Positions 35,401-50,400 of a stretch of 64,000 nt of DNA are shown in pieces. The stretch covers positions 20,336,001 to 20,400,000 of the forward strand of contig OZ286470.1 of the NCBI GenBank assembly GCA_965644265.1. Direction: 5' to 3'. The stretch is from Glycera tridactyla (taxonomy: Eukaryota). Each line of letters opens with the position of its first letter. Position 1 is the stretch's first letter. The notes beneath the pieces are model-generated. The model was not told where the DNA came from and searched no databases. It saw only the letters and a program-made list of their open reading frames with translations. The translations under genes and the position numbers were made by a program.

Positions 35401-38400
35401 ATATCAAGGTATATCAGTGACTCACATCAACTATATGTTTTTCAATGTGTTTCATTGAATAATTTTACCGATCTCACTGCTCTGTATGTCATGCTTGTGA
35501 TGGAAAATAATCCTAGGCTGCGTCATTACACCTAGGGCACATGACCAGATCTGACTAGGGATACTGTATTTCATACGGAGAGGAGTTTATCAGGGCTCTA
35601 TTAGGTTTTCTATCAGGGGAGAAGAGTACGAATTTTCCCAGCCTATAGCCCATCGTATTTACCTGTCTTTCTGCATATACCGTCGAACCTCCTCTAATGA
35701 CCACCTCTCTATAAAGACCACCTCCCTATAAAGACCACCCTAACCTGCGACCATGGTAGTATTTTCAACAGTAAATGACCTCTCTATAAAGACCACCTCC
35801 CTATAAAGACCACTTTTTGGTGCAACCGAAGGCGGTCTTCATAGAGAGGTTCGACTGTACAGTCAAGCCTGTCAATAAAGGCCACCTTGGGTCATGTAAA
35901 GAAGTGGCCCATATAGGCAGGTGACCTTTGTAGAGAGGTCATTTACTGTTGAACATGGTATCATGGTCACAGCTTAGGGTGGCCTTTGAAGACAGGTGGC
36001 CTTCATGGAGAGGTGGTCTCTCGAGCAGGTTCAATTGCAATCAGAGACTAAATAATGATCATATACCCAGAAGTTGGGCAGACAGACTGACAAAATCACC
36101 TGCTCTAACAATAAATCTTCTCGTTCATGCCAGTAGGGCTCGCTTGAGCAAAGAGCCCCGTCTATTGACACCCATTCTTTGAAACTTTTGGAACCATCAC
36201 AGTTCACTGAATACAGTATATTTATTGGCGATCGTCAAAGTTTTCCTTTTGGGTACATAAATGTCACTCAGGGAACATTAAAGGTTCAAATACATTATAG
36301 CTATACCCAAAGTCAACATGAAAACAAACCGACAAGAATTTTTGCAACCCACCTTAACACCAACAACTTCATCCTTCTCCATGATCTGGTCGATATATTT
36401 CCAAATCAATTCAGGATCATTTAAACTGCAACAAGAACATGGTCGAAAAAATAAAAACCACTGGTGATATATTGGAAACACAGTTCTGATCAAACTCTAA
36501 ACAAACGCTTTTGTATGTGCATGTGGCACAAACGCACGCCAGCATGCGTGCACACAGCCTCGTCGGCAATAGACAAAGCAATCATTACCAGTTGGCTGAC
36601 CAACACTTGCATGCATGCAATGGCTTTTTATGGCACTATAGAGGTGGTGAGCGAAGGCAAAGACTGCCTATGGCAGCATCTAATCCCATGATATGGTCCC
36701 ATATTTCTTTTCTATTGTTCCAAATGGAAATGCTATGTCAGGTACTATTTGCTGGAACAATAAACGATCATCAATCAACATGAGTGCCATATCAGCTTAC
36801 GAGAGCCCACAAAAGTCGTCATTTTCTACGCTCTTGTTTCTGGTTCACAGCAAACTGATAAAATAACAACCAACCTTATTTTACATGAATCAAGCAATAT
36901 GATTCTGATCTATAGAGGCATACATTAAAAGTGGATAAAAATGCTCAAATTCCGCTGTATTTACCAGGTCTCTTTCCGTACAAGATAAAAAACAATGGAA
37001 TGCGATCACAGCCGCGCTTTCCATGAAAATTGGTTCATCTTTTTCTAACTCCAAGTCAAGGTAAGTCTTGATTCATCGCACTCTACCACCTGTGTATTTG
37101 ATTAATAGCGTTGCATCCTCAGAGCATTGTTTTCCAGGTATGAGAGGGTGTCTCATATTTCCCCTCTCTCTGACTATGGCCTCGCCTACGCTCAGTTTTT
37201 CTGTCCTCCTCCCTTCTTTCTCGTACTTCCTCCACACATTTTGCACACAGCAAGTCTCTCTCTCTCTCTCTCTGCCTGTCCGTCTGTCTCTCTCTCTGTC
37301 TCAACGTCTTACACACTCTCTCTATNNNNNNNNNNNNNNNNNNNNNNNNNNNNNNNNNNNNNNNNNNNNNNNNNNNNNNNNNNNNNNNNNNNNNNNNNNN
37401 NNNNNNNNNNNNNNNNNNNNNNNNNNNNNNNNNNNNNNNNNNNNNNNNNNNNNNNNNNNNNNNNNNNNNNNNNNNNNNNNNNNNNNNNNNNNNNNNNNNN
37501 NNNNNNNNNNNNNNNNNNNNNNNNNNNNNNNNNNNNNNNNNNNNNNNNNNNNNNNNNNNNNNNNNNNNNNNNNNNNNNNNNNNNNNNNNNNNNNNNNNNA
37601 TCAGTAATGAAAAAACATATTCAAGATTCACACAATAGACATATTCAATCATCGGGAAAACCCCAAGAATTTCTTTTTTTTTTGTATTTTGTTTTTGTTT
37701 TGGTATTTCTAAATTCTTCTTCTTAAAAACTATTGGCTGAAGAATAGAGCATTCCTGCCAGGGAACTTCCCCTACTCTTTGCAAAACAACAGGGTGGATC
37801 TTTTATGTGCATGCAGTATAGACACCAACACTCATGGCCTTTGATAACCCAGTTGGCGTGCACTGGATGTATGATGAATTGAACTGACAATGGAGAATCA
37901 CATCCTGCATTTATCACGCTCAGTCAACACCTACACTCACGAACATTCTGTTACACCTACTTACTTGGCTAGAACTTCAACAATGAATGGGAGGCCGGGG
38001 AATGATTCATCAGTGAATTCACCATTGGTCAACCTGGAACAATATGAAATACAATCAAACCTGCTCTTGTAAGTTAACTGGAGAATCTTACTCAACAATG
38101 AACGGAAAGCCAAGAGAAGTGTGGTACATTACACAGGGGTCTTACACAATGCAGACAGGGTAAATGAACCTTGTCAATTTGGGCTGTCTGAAAAAATTCC
38201 AAACCCACAAATGAAAAAGTCTTCTTTTCCCTTAAAAGTACCCAATTCGATGAGATGGTTTATGAAAAATAATGCTCCTACGTTGTTGCCAAACAACTGA
38301 TACATATGTATACCAAAATTTCATAATGTGGTTTTAATATCAGCTTGGGGGGGCCCCAAAGAAAAACTTGCGTGAAAAACTTTAACCTGAAAGTTTACGT

Positions 38401-41400
38401 TCTACAAAGTGATAGACCGATAGACGGACAGACAGAATCCAACAGACAGTGCCAAACAGACAGACCACCAGCATCATTACATAGACTCACAGTTTGCTTT
38501 GTATGCAAGCCAAAAACCAGGTCTTTGATCACCTGCAAATTCTGTGGTCCATGTCAACTATTTCTGAGTCAATTTTCACATTCATGCATCAGAGTTAGAC
38601 ACTCTCATATGAACAATACAAGAAACAAATACTGAGGTAAGGATCCCATACACTCTGGAATTGTGTATCTTACAGAAGGACCATAACCTCTTCCAGCCAC
38701 AAGAGCATTCGGTGACTGGAAAACATGACTTACTTGCTCCATATTGTGAGTGCTTGGTCGTTACTGCCACGGAACTTGTAAAGGAGCGCCATCGCATGGT
38801 GATGTCCAAACTTATTCAACCAGGCTTCGCAGTCGGACAGATCACATTTTGTGTCGGAAACAATCAATGAGACAATTTCGGGAGAGTTGGTTTCAGCATA
38901 GAGCTTCAATAAAGCAGTATCCAGTTCCTGAATGGGACAAACAAACAAAAAATATATCATTTCCAGTCGAGAAACGACAGATTTTTGCTCACATACTGGA
39001 CTACTTCCCCAGTTATGACAATAATGAAATATGCAAGGACTATGACCAGTTGATTCTGAGCATGGCTAAGGCACCTCCAGAGATATGTCTCACAATAATG
39101 ACATTTTTGTTAATGTTTCCTGAAAGTGCTCTGGTTGCATGAGATATGATTTGCAGTGCACATATTTCAGTCCACAATTTTTTTTCTTGAAAACATCAGG
39201 CATCATGCTCAGCATGAATACTCATGATGAGAATATATGCAATATTTAAGAAAAAATTATGGAAATACCTGACAGTTGGAGTGTTCAATAATCAGGTTGT
39301 ATTTCATGATGACAAATCCAAAATTCAAGATGAGATAGGAGTAATCCATTTCTACAGCCTGTGAGTTTAGGATTCATCAAAGTGAGAAAATATATAAAGT
39401 AGGGCTGAGCTCTTGCAGGGATGTAATAGTGCCTACTTAACTCACATTTCAAATGCAATAACTAGCCCAATTTATGGAAAATACACAAGGGAATTATGAT
39501 TAGATATATCATCCTTGATTCCTTCAAAAGTGACTTTTATAGAGGCAAATTATCAACGACAGATATTGTGGTACAATGTTTGAATCCACTTTGTAGGCAG
39601 ATTCACAGATTGGTTAGCAGGTCAGATCAATATGCTAGAACGTCCATGGGAATTCACTCCTAATGTCCACTTGTGTAATGAGAAAATTACATGATGAACA
39701 GCTAAATAGTTCTATTTGTGCAAATGTGATGAAGTGTTGAGGCAATTACTTACTACTCTGGCGTCATCCACACGAGCTGTATCTCGCACTTCTTCCAAGT
39801 AGCCGATGAGAAACCGCTTGTACGCCTTGAGTCTGCTCTCTTCGCCATGCGTGAGATGCGTGACATCGGCAATCTCGTGCAGAGGTGGAATTGCGCGGCG
39901 AAACTGCGATGACGCGGGCAACAACATCGGATACAAGCTGATGATTTCCCGGACATCAACGTGCCCTCCTAGCAACAACTCTTTCGCTCGATCCAAGTTA
40001 CCACTTTTGAATTCAATGAAACCCACTTGCTGTTGTATTCGCTGATATTCCTGGAAGCAAACAGATGGGTTATGATCATAAAAAGTCCACATTATCACTT
40101 ACGTAACATCTTTTCTAATATTTTCTTTCTGGTTCTGCATGACACTTGGGGAAAGAGAAATTCACTTCTTGGAGGAATGTCGAGAGAATGCCTACAGGCA
40201 TCGAAGCTGGCATGTCAATAAACTGGAGGAGTGTAATGCAAATTCACCATCACTCTGACGGCTACAATTATACATCTCAATATGCATCACATTTTAAAGG
40301 ATGCCAGCTTGCAGGCAGCCTTTCTCCTAAACACTCTAATATGGGTCTGCAGTTTATCCAACAGAAATTTGAAGACATTTCAACAGTTTTTTGGGGAAGC
40401 CAATTGATGGTGATAAACTGCTGATACCCATGTAATCTGGTAGGATTGTTGTAAAGACTTGTCTGCTCTGTATGGATTACTTGTATAGCTCTTCGTGTGT
40501 CTACTTTTCACAAAAATGGCTCCAAATTCTAGAGATAACTGGCCAGCTTATGATTGGTGTTGGTGGTCCATTGGGTTTTGATCCATTTATAGTCTGGCTA
40601 CTCACTAAATTATTTTGTTCATAGTTTTAGATAAGTGGAAGCATTCTAATCTTGCATACCATTCAAGTGTTTGATCGCATGATTTCTTGATTGTTCGGAT
40701 ACTCTACAAGGACAGAACATGGAAAAAAGATGGGAACTTTAGATTGCCATTCTAATAGATGGGCCTGAAAATTTCCGCAGGGTCTCAGGAACATTCTGAT
40801 TTATGGGCCTGGCTGTATGATAATGATTTCATATAAAATTCTATCTCTGCACATACCTTTGCAAACTTTTCTTTCGTCATCCCTGTCTTCCGTGCATTCT
40901 GTGCCAAATCCAGAGCTTCCTGACCTCTCTGATCCGCAATCAAGGCTTGAATCTGGAGATGCATAGATCAAACGTGAATTTCTTCAGCCATTTTTTCTCC
41001 AGCTGTCTGTTGGGCAGGTGAAGTGTGATTTTCACCTGCCCTCTCTGACATTTTTCACCTGCCCTCCTGCATATAATCATGGCCTAAATAATACTTGCCT
41101 ATCAGGCAGGCAGACTGATTGAAATGCCACCTTTAACAATAAATCTGCCTGTCTGTGCCAGTAGGGCATCCCTTAGCGTAGGGACCTGGGTTCCATCGGA
41201 TGGTCATGAGACATACACACACATGGTTCATACAGGGTTCTCACGATAAAATTCCAGAGTTTTTCCAGAACATTTCCAGTACACCATGAAGAATTTCCAA
41301 AACACACAACCAATAGATTTATGGTATTAAAAATTAATGCCTGATGAGTAATGGTGATTTTATATGTGCAGCACCAGCGACTAGAGGTAGTATGTCCAAA

Positions 41401-44400
41401 CTACTGAGTTTTCTGATATTCTCCATTATGATGCTGATCACGATTTTTCGTCTGCACATCTTGGTGTTCACTTTGGGATCTATCAGAACCATTAATGCCT
41501 ACAGTGTGCACTGTTAATCTGCGAAAATCAGTGAAATTACCAGGTTTTTGCTGATCTCCAGAACATAGGTGTAATTTCCAGAGTGAAAATCTCAAAATTC
41601 CAGTATTTTTCCAGAACTCTAGAGTGAAAAACATGTTTTCCAGAACATTTCCAGTATGGGTACTGATTTCCAGAACATTTTCAGAGTCAGTGCGAACCCT
41701 GACACACTAGTATTTCCAACTAGAGCTCTGTCACAGAGGTGACTAAAATACCCCCGTCGCCACTTTGATACTAAGAATGTATATATGCAATATGGCCAAG
41801 GTACAGCCGACCTGTCTATGAAGGCTACCTCCTGTCACACCAAAAAGTGGCCTTTGTAGACAGGTGGTTTTAATAGAGGTCATTTACTGGTGAAGAAAAA
41901 AATCATGGTCGCAGCTCATGGTGACATTTATAGGCAGGTGGTCTTTATAGAGAGGTGGTCTCTCAAGCAGGTTTGACTATGAGAGTGTATGCATGTGTGT
42001 GTTTGTGTGTTGAGGGTGTGTTATGTAATTGTCGAGAGAGCGAAGAAATGGACAAGTCATCGAGGAGAGCAACTGTAGCACGTCTATTACCAGAGAATCT
42101 TACAATACAATGAAAGAAAAGCCAAGGGGAGTGTGAGAGGCCTTACACCATACAAACAATTTAATGAGCCTCGTCAATTCCACAGTCTCAATGAATTCCA
42201 AACTTGCAGATACAACCAAATACACAGAAACAAACAATTTTCTTTTTCCTTGAATAACTCTGGAAGTGGTCGACCAATCTGCATGAAAATTGTGTCTTGC
42301 ACATCTACACTTTATGGTGAGGACATATGCTAAGTCTCAATGCAATAGCTTAAGAAATGTGGGAGTAGTTTGCGGGACAAACTTTTGCGGACAGAACAAC
42401 CGACCAACCGACCAACCGACCAACCGCCCGACCGACCAATAGAGTGACTCCAGTATACCCCCTTCCAAACTTCGTTTGGGCGGGGGTATAAAAATATAAA
42501 TTCAGGCAATAACTTATTCCTAAATATTCTGGTCAACACAGAGCCCTGACCTCTGAAAGCAACAAGTTGGTGTCTGCCATGAATTTGGGTCCTTGAAGAA
42601 AATGTGAGAACTTTTTATTTGAAAGCCTTTGGAGTTTGAAAATTGCGGTTAGAATGGTAGATCATTTGAGGTGTCTATCAAGGTCTACGCGGCCTGATTG
42701 AACCATGTCACCTAGCACCCAATGCTGATTCATCATATGACTACAGTGAAACCTGTCTTGGGAGACCCCTCTAATGGGAGACCACTCTTCATCGGCACTT
42801 CTCTATTTGACATAGTCAAATATACCTCCAATGAGAGTCCACCTTTCTTGAGACCGCTTTTTGTTGGCGTTTGGAGCGGTCTCTCAAGACAGGTTTTACT
42901 GTATCAAGGTCAAAGAACAACTGGCAGCACAGATTCAATTATTGTCACATCACCAGGCATGCTTATACCATGCATGCGATAACCTTTCGGGTTACAACCT
43001 GCCTCCAAACCAGCATGCTAGCTGGTGATTACATACATGGTAGACTTTTTTTTATTGGATGATAATGGTCATACAAACATGCATATTGATCTCACCTGTT
43101 TCTCAATCGCTACTGGTACAAGCGCATAGATCTGACACGAGGACGCAACAAAGATGTGACCATCAAAACCACCGAGAAAGACGCCACCTTGAAACGGAAT
43201 GCTTTGCTTCTGCTGCTGGTCCACAATACTACAAAAGACGTCAAAGAAATATTTATAGCAAATGTTGTAACTACATGACAATAAAGTGAAATCCTGTTGA
43301 GAGAACTACCCCGAATACTCGGAAGAAAGTAGTTTTGAAAAAATTGGTATCTGTTCAGAAATATGTTCGACTACGTCAAATTGGACAGCGGTCCCCACAA
43401 AGTGCTGTCTAATCCACATGGTTCGTACATCAATTTTCAAATGGAATTTGAATACTGTTTGATGACTCATCAAGTGCTTGACAATTTATGTAATCAAAAT
43501 AAATGATTACAAACAATCTTACATGCAAACTTTTCAAAGTCATTTCTCGAGCACTCAAGCAAATATGCGGCCATTAAACATGTAAATTATGTCTTTCAGC
43601 ACTATTTATGAAGCCTCACCTAGATTTCACATACTTTGAATTTGGGGGGGGGGGACAGGTACATTGGAAGTTTATACTGGTTTTTACCTTAAAAAATCAA
43701 CTTATAGGCAAATAATTCAATAAACTGGGTAATATTTCGGTGAGGACAAGTAGTTTTCTGAAGGAGTCATGTGAATTCCAAATTCACCTGCCAGTCAGGC
43801 GGGTGAAATCTTTTTGATGTCTTTGAGGCCAACAAGACAAATTGTCTGAAGTTCTTCTGGACAAATGGGACATTTGTGAATATGCTGCACATTCCGAGAG
43901 GCACAGTCCAAGAATAAACTAGACAGCTCACATACCATATTCTCCCAGATCCAATATGGCGGTGCACATGGATGAAGATGCCGCTCAATATTTCCTCTGT
44001 TTTGAATGAATCTCCGACAGATTTGAGATTTATGCATGCATACCACACTTTTTGATGCTGAAAAATTCATTCATATGATCATTTTCACTGCGAATTTGAT
44101 ATTTCATTGGTTATTTATCGTAGCAAATACATACCTGCCTACGTGCGATTGACCAGTGTGTTGACATGTCAAAGTGAGAGTGGTTATGCAGACGCCGCTC
44201 TATATTTGGTGAATATTTGTCATACTTTTTCCGTTTTTTCTCCTATATGACATGAATGGAACCTGAGGAATACATTTATTGAATGTTTCTTTGATATTTC
44301 ACCAGCCTCCAGCGTTTGTTTGCCAAAATACTCAATTATTGCCCATCAGCGATTTCTGCCTTTCTCAATTAGCAAGCACACAGGGCGCTAATTAGGGAGA

Positions 44401-47400
44401 ATATGGTATAAGTCAATGTTCGACTGACCTGTGAACGGTGATGAATTCATCATTGAGTGCCAGGATGTAAGGATGAGAGTAGGCGACCCCGATGAGATTG
44501 TCGCTCCATTGTAGTGGAGGACGCTGAGATATACCACCAGATGTTGCAAACATCCCCAGCGCACTGGGAGCACTCAACAAAAACTCGTCCTGAAATATGA
44601 CAGACATCACACTCACAAACCCTGAAGACAAGGTGATAGGGAACCTGAAAGATTGTCAAGTGGTAGTAGCTGACAGTTCAGACACACCTCTACCTACTCA
44701 AAATGAACATATCAAGCCCTGTAATTGCATAAATCACAATGTAACTGGCTGGAGGCTGACACTAGAGCCTGATACCAATGCTTTTTTTAAGCATAGTAAA
44801 TTTCCTGAAGGTGAAAATTATCATTTTCTCAACAATCAGCAAGTGGCTACACATGTGAATCTGGTACATTATCATCCGATATCGAGTCTAGCATGTAGAG
44901 ACGCACTGTCTAGCCGCCCGCCACGCAGCTGTGCTTTAATTCGAGAGCGTTATGCATGTGGCCATCACTCCTACTCAATCAGTGGTGTCGGTCACGTGAC
45001 ACCGCTCCGAACAATGCTGAACTTTGCCGGACGCATGAAAATGAGGTGCGCCATTCCATAATAACATGTAAACATCGAAGTGGAGGTGTCCAAAGAGCTT
45101 GATTGACACCACGCCCAAATCAGCATCACCGGCGGCAATTTCAAACTTCGAAAGCTTTCAAATGTCAATTTTGTTTTGTTATTGAGTAATATCGGATGAT
45201 AAATTCTGAATGTCCCTCGTGCCGGGTACGGGGAGACCGCACAAGCCTAGTAGCGGCCCCCGGGGACGCCCTTGTGCCACTCGTGCGGCCCCGGGGACAG
45301 CTACTCGGTGTGTACAGTATCCACGTATCCGGCACTCAGGGCATTCTTTATAAATCTTATTGACCTTTGACTGTATTCCTGGCACTTTGAAAGCTGGGAT
45401 CTTCATCTTTGTCCATATAGTCATCATTTTGATCTTGCATTTCTCTACTCATATTTTGTTGCACAAATCTAGGAGCCAGATGGCCCCTTACTTGATTTTT
45501 GTTGTTGCCATTGCCAATTTTTGGCGTTTGTCTCAGCTGTTAACCTACCTTGCTTATACGATTCACATATGGCCGAGTACTCTCACTATTATAAGGGAAC
45601 AACTCCTGACGTTGACCCGTCTCAAAGTTGACGATAAAGTACTGACTCAGCGCAGCAACACATATATGTGCTCCATCCATTCCCTGTAAAAAGAATTTCA
45701 AGTTATTAGGAACATACTCTGATCAATCAGAACCATATCTTGATGACCAGATGCCTGCCTCATGGATTTGGAGCATCAGAGATGCCAACTTTCCGCGGCC
45801 AGAATTCCTAATGATGCCGAAAAAATCCTAATAATGCCGCATGAATTCCTAATCTTGTCAGAGAAAATTCCTAATGAAAATTCCTAATGATTGCATTGCA
45901 TTGAAACTGGGAAGGTGCAAGCATAAGGTGCATTCTTCCACACAATGTGACCTGTATCATTCATTAGAATATAGTCAAACCTCTCTATAAAGACTGCCTT
46001 TGGTCGCACCAAAAAGCAGTCTTTATAAGGAGGTGGTCTTTATAGAGAGGTCATTTACTGTTGAAAATACTACCATGGTCGCAGCTCAGGGTGGTCTTTA
46101 TTGGGAGGTGGTCTTTAGAGGAGGTTCGACTGTATAGATAAATTGGATGAGGAAACACGACTGAAATTTACTCATCAACTGTGTCACTGGTAATGGTATA
46201 TCAACACTGATAGAGAGACTACTTTGTTATATCATTATATGATATACAATGTATAGGGGACAAGAGAGGAGGGGGGGGGGGGGGCATTTATCAGACTGCT
46301 CAATGAAACCTGACTTGAAGCAAAGAGCTTGTATAGGCTCTTTGCTTGAAGGCCATGAAAAAATGGTAAGTTGCACAGCATATAATAATCTAACCTGCAG
46401 AGGTATTATGGAACAGATTATCTTGTGACCACTAGAATGATGCGTCTCCCTATCTAATGTCTCTGGGAGGGTGCAGGGTGAGGTGTAGGAATTGGTTGTC
46501 ATGCGGACAACACCCTCGCTCAACAGGAGCCCCTTGACCGAAGAATTTACCTATAGTTGGCTCCCTTCACAGTTGGTATAGTGTCCATTGGAGTTTGCCC
46601 AAATGATGCCACTCTGGTGAGTAGGCATGAGGCATTAGGGAGTCACATTATGAAATGGAATGGACTGTAGCAGGATGCAGTACCAGTCACCTCCAAAAAG
46701 CGTAATAAATGACTACCAGATCGTAATGGCGTGATATAGGGGTGAAAATCGTAATCATTACGCCAAAATCGTAATGGTTGGCATCTTTGGAGCATGGACC
46801 CCCTTGCAGTGGGGTGATAGAAAATGACAACAGGAAGGTACTGGCCAATCGAGAACCAGGTGGGTTGGCAATCATGACTGAACTGGGTATGGATACTACC
46901 AAACAATAATACAGTGAAACCTGTGTTTAGAGACCGCCCTAAATGCCACAAAAAAGGAGTCTCTTAGAGGAGGCCAACTCAGTGGTATATGTAACTACAA
47001 TGAAACATGTGACGAGAGACCCCCCGACGAGAGACCACCTCCGAAGGGAGACCACTTTCCCAGGGCAGCTTTTCTATTTGACATAGTCAAATATACCTCT
47101 GACGAGGGACCACCTCTTTTGAGAGACCGCTTTTTGGCGTCATTTAGGGCAGTCTCTCGTCGCAGGTTTCACTGTATTTCAAATAAAAATGCTGCCCTGA
47201 AAAAGCAGTCTCCCGTCGTGAATGAATCACATGATCAAAACAATAAGCAGTATTGGTCAAAGGAGAGCCTACATAATCTTCCCCAAAGAGTTAGTCCCAG
47301 ATAGCCATACAGTCAACCATACCACATCTCAAAATGCCAGATCAGATGCCTAAAGGCAGACAGCAGAAAAGTTGACTCAATAGTCGGCAGTGAGTGACAT

Positions 47401-50400
47401 AGAGTGAAACCTGCGACGAGCGACCACCCTTTCTGCCACAAAAAAGTGGTGTATATTACAAATATTGGTGAGTGAAGAATAAGAGAAGTGAAACTGACCA
47501 GTGTGAGGGCCATTTCTGGAGATGAGATTTCTTTCAGCAGTATCATGCGGTCTTCTGTTACAGTGTAGATTTGTATTTGGCGTTTACGTAAGGCCACACC
47601 AATCTGGAAACACAAAAGCATCAACAAAGTCAGGATTACCTTATTTCAGACTGGGGATTTGTTTGTTTGACAGTTTGGACTGATCTCAGCCCAGTACCAT
47701 GGTCACACCTCTGTTGCGGTCACCCATTCAACGACTGGCTACATCCGCAACCATTTTACAATTGAGTTAAGTGTGAAGACCAGTGATATGCCGATGTTCG
47801 ACTATAATCGAAGTCATTTCGATAGCTCCAACTAATCAAACATTCGATCATCGTCAATGTTTGGTTCCTGTTGTTTCGATGATTCATTGCTATCATGACC
47901 ACATGCATCCCAATGTACTATTCATTTCACTATACCACTTCATCAGTTCATTTTGTCCCCTTCATGCCCCAACCCCACCCAGCCACATGCTGGAAGAAAT
48001 ATGCTCTATGGGTAAATGAAAAATAACCGGCCACCATGGAAGCTGCATGTGGCCTTGCACAAGGCAAGTTGTCAGTTTTTGATTCTTTACTCCACCCCTT
48101 ATGTTATTCCTTGAACTTGCAAAGGAAGTATACACAATGAATACGAGCTAGGTAGCAGAATTTCCCCGGGAAAGTACATGAGTATGAAATATGGTAAAAA
48201 TCAAACATTATTTGAAGGTTGTTTGATTTTGGAAATCAAACTTCAAACGTGAGGAGAAAACCAAATCCCTAAAGCATGTGTCATCCTCTAATTCGTGTCA
48301 AAATAAAGGTCCGTAAGAGATATGGGACTCACCTCTATGCTGAACGGACTGCATTTGACAGGGTGTTCATTAAGGCAGAAAGCTGCCACATTCTTCACTT
48401 TGGAACTGCCAGGAATCGGCTGAAAAACATAAACACTTCATATCATACAAACTATAGTATAAAGGCTTTTTGGTCTCTGACCACTCATTCATTTCCAATG
48501 AGTGCGTTGAGCTCTTCGCCAGTATTTCAAGAGTTTTGAGAGTGATAGAGATCCAATATACGCAAAAGGTGGTGGTGGTGGTTTTATCGTTATTGAACAT
48601 TCTCCAAATTCCGTACGCTTTGGCGAGAAATGCAATAGAAATATATTTGGCATGAGAATGACATTAATTATACATTATTTTGAACTGATTCAACGAGATG
48701 TTTTCTTATTTTCACAAAGTACTTTTTCAATCGCCAAAATTGTTTTATTCCTTTCATCAAAAATCATTTGCTTGATGGTTTTTCATATTGGAAGGATCCC
48801 AGTAGCTGGGCACCACACCAATAGGATGTCAGCACAACAGCTATAACTACCGTATATTGCAGTATACATGCCCATACCCTATTAGAAGCGCACCCCATAA
48901 TTCCACTCATACACAACACCACGAGACCAGTTTTGACACATGTCAAACCTGAATAATCGTGTATTAAGTGATAAAAGTAAAACATCACTTTTAAGTTGGT
49001 TCCAAATAGACGCACATGGCACTTGACAATGCCTTAACGCACTGCATGTATATTCGGCAATATACGGTAATGACATAATAAATGGGAAACCTACCTCCAG
49101 ATCAAACATGTTGAGTAGATTGAGAGTATTATCACAGAGAAGTATGATTCGATTGAGGGCCGAAGCGGCCTTTAACTGTGTGATGGCCTTCTTCTGCAAC
49201 AACAAACAAACATAAATTGATGATCAGTGTTAGCGACAGCATGGAGAGACCAACTCTGTGCCCTGGGCTACACAATGAGTCCAGAAAAGGCACACAAAGT
49301 CATAGCAGTTGTGCACAAAAGGCACCCAAAATTGGGCATACAGTAAAACCTGCAGTGAGAGACCCCCAATGAGACCACCTCTGACAAGAGACCACTTTCA
49401 CAGAGCTGCTTCCTTATTTGACATAGTCACATATACCTGCAACCTGAGACTACCTCTTATGACAGACCACTTATTGGTGATATTTAGGGTGGACTCTTAT
49501 CGCAAGTTTCACTGTACATTTTATTTCAAACCTGCAAGAACCGACCACTGATGAAAGGATGACTTTTATCAGCACTTGCTTTTTAGTAACCATTTCTTAA
49601 CACAGACAATTGGATCTCTAGTGGGGAAACACCCATTTTGTAACACCACTTCCTGGTGATAACTATGGGTGTCCTGCTGTAACAAGTTTATTATAAATGA
49701 TTTTGGGCGAGTGAAAGTTTAAACTGGCATGTGGAATCTCTTTAGAGACATCACCTTCCTAGGAAGACCACTTTTTCAACAGCTAAAGATGGTCTTGGTA
49801 GACAGGGCAAGCTGCAATCATTCTTGGTGTGCTTCCAATCATATCAGTTGTAATATTGACAACTGCGAATACAAATGGTGTCACAACTAGTTGGGATAGC
49901 CCATATCTTCAGATGGCACCCTCCCAAACTCTGGTCAAGATTGTGCTGGCTATAATGACGTCACAACTCCTGAAAGATTGTACCTAGAAAACTCCCTGAA
50001 TTTGACGACTGAGTTTGAACACAAAATATCCATCTACCCTGTGGGAAAGACCAATGACAGAAGCTACAACATCACTCACCAGTGCCAGGTATTTGTGATT
50101 CTGTTTCTCACACCCGAAAGTCACTCGGCCATTTGGCTGGATCTTTTCTTCCACCAAAAAGTGCACGACAAAACTGTAATGGAAAGTGTCATTCATACAA
50201 TATTGGACAAATATCAGTGTAATATCAACATAATCAATAATACAGATGGGTTCTCTCTAGGGAGGAGTGCCTTTCCAAGTGAATGATTACGGCAAAATGG
50301 AAATCATTTTAGCAATTCAGAAAGCACTTTGGCGAAATGGGGAAGCACTTAATTGAATCAATTTGCGACAACATCAATAATATCCACACCTGCCAAGCGG

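Noticed and set aside
43767-44070. Cys/His-containing ORFs in TGFBRAP1 intron 8
   Set aside because: No recognisable domain, splice sites or partner exons
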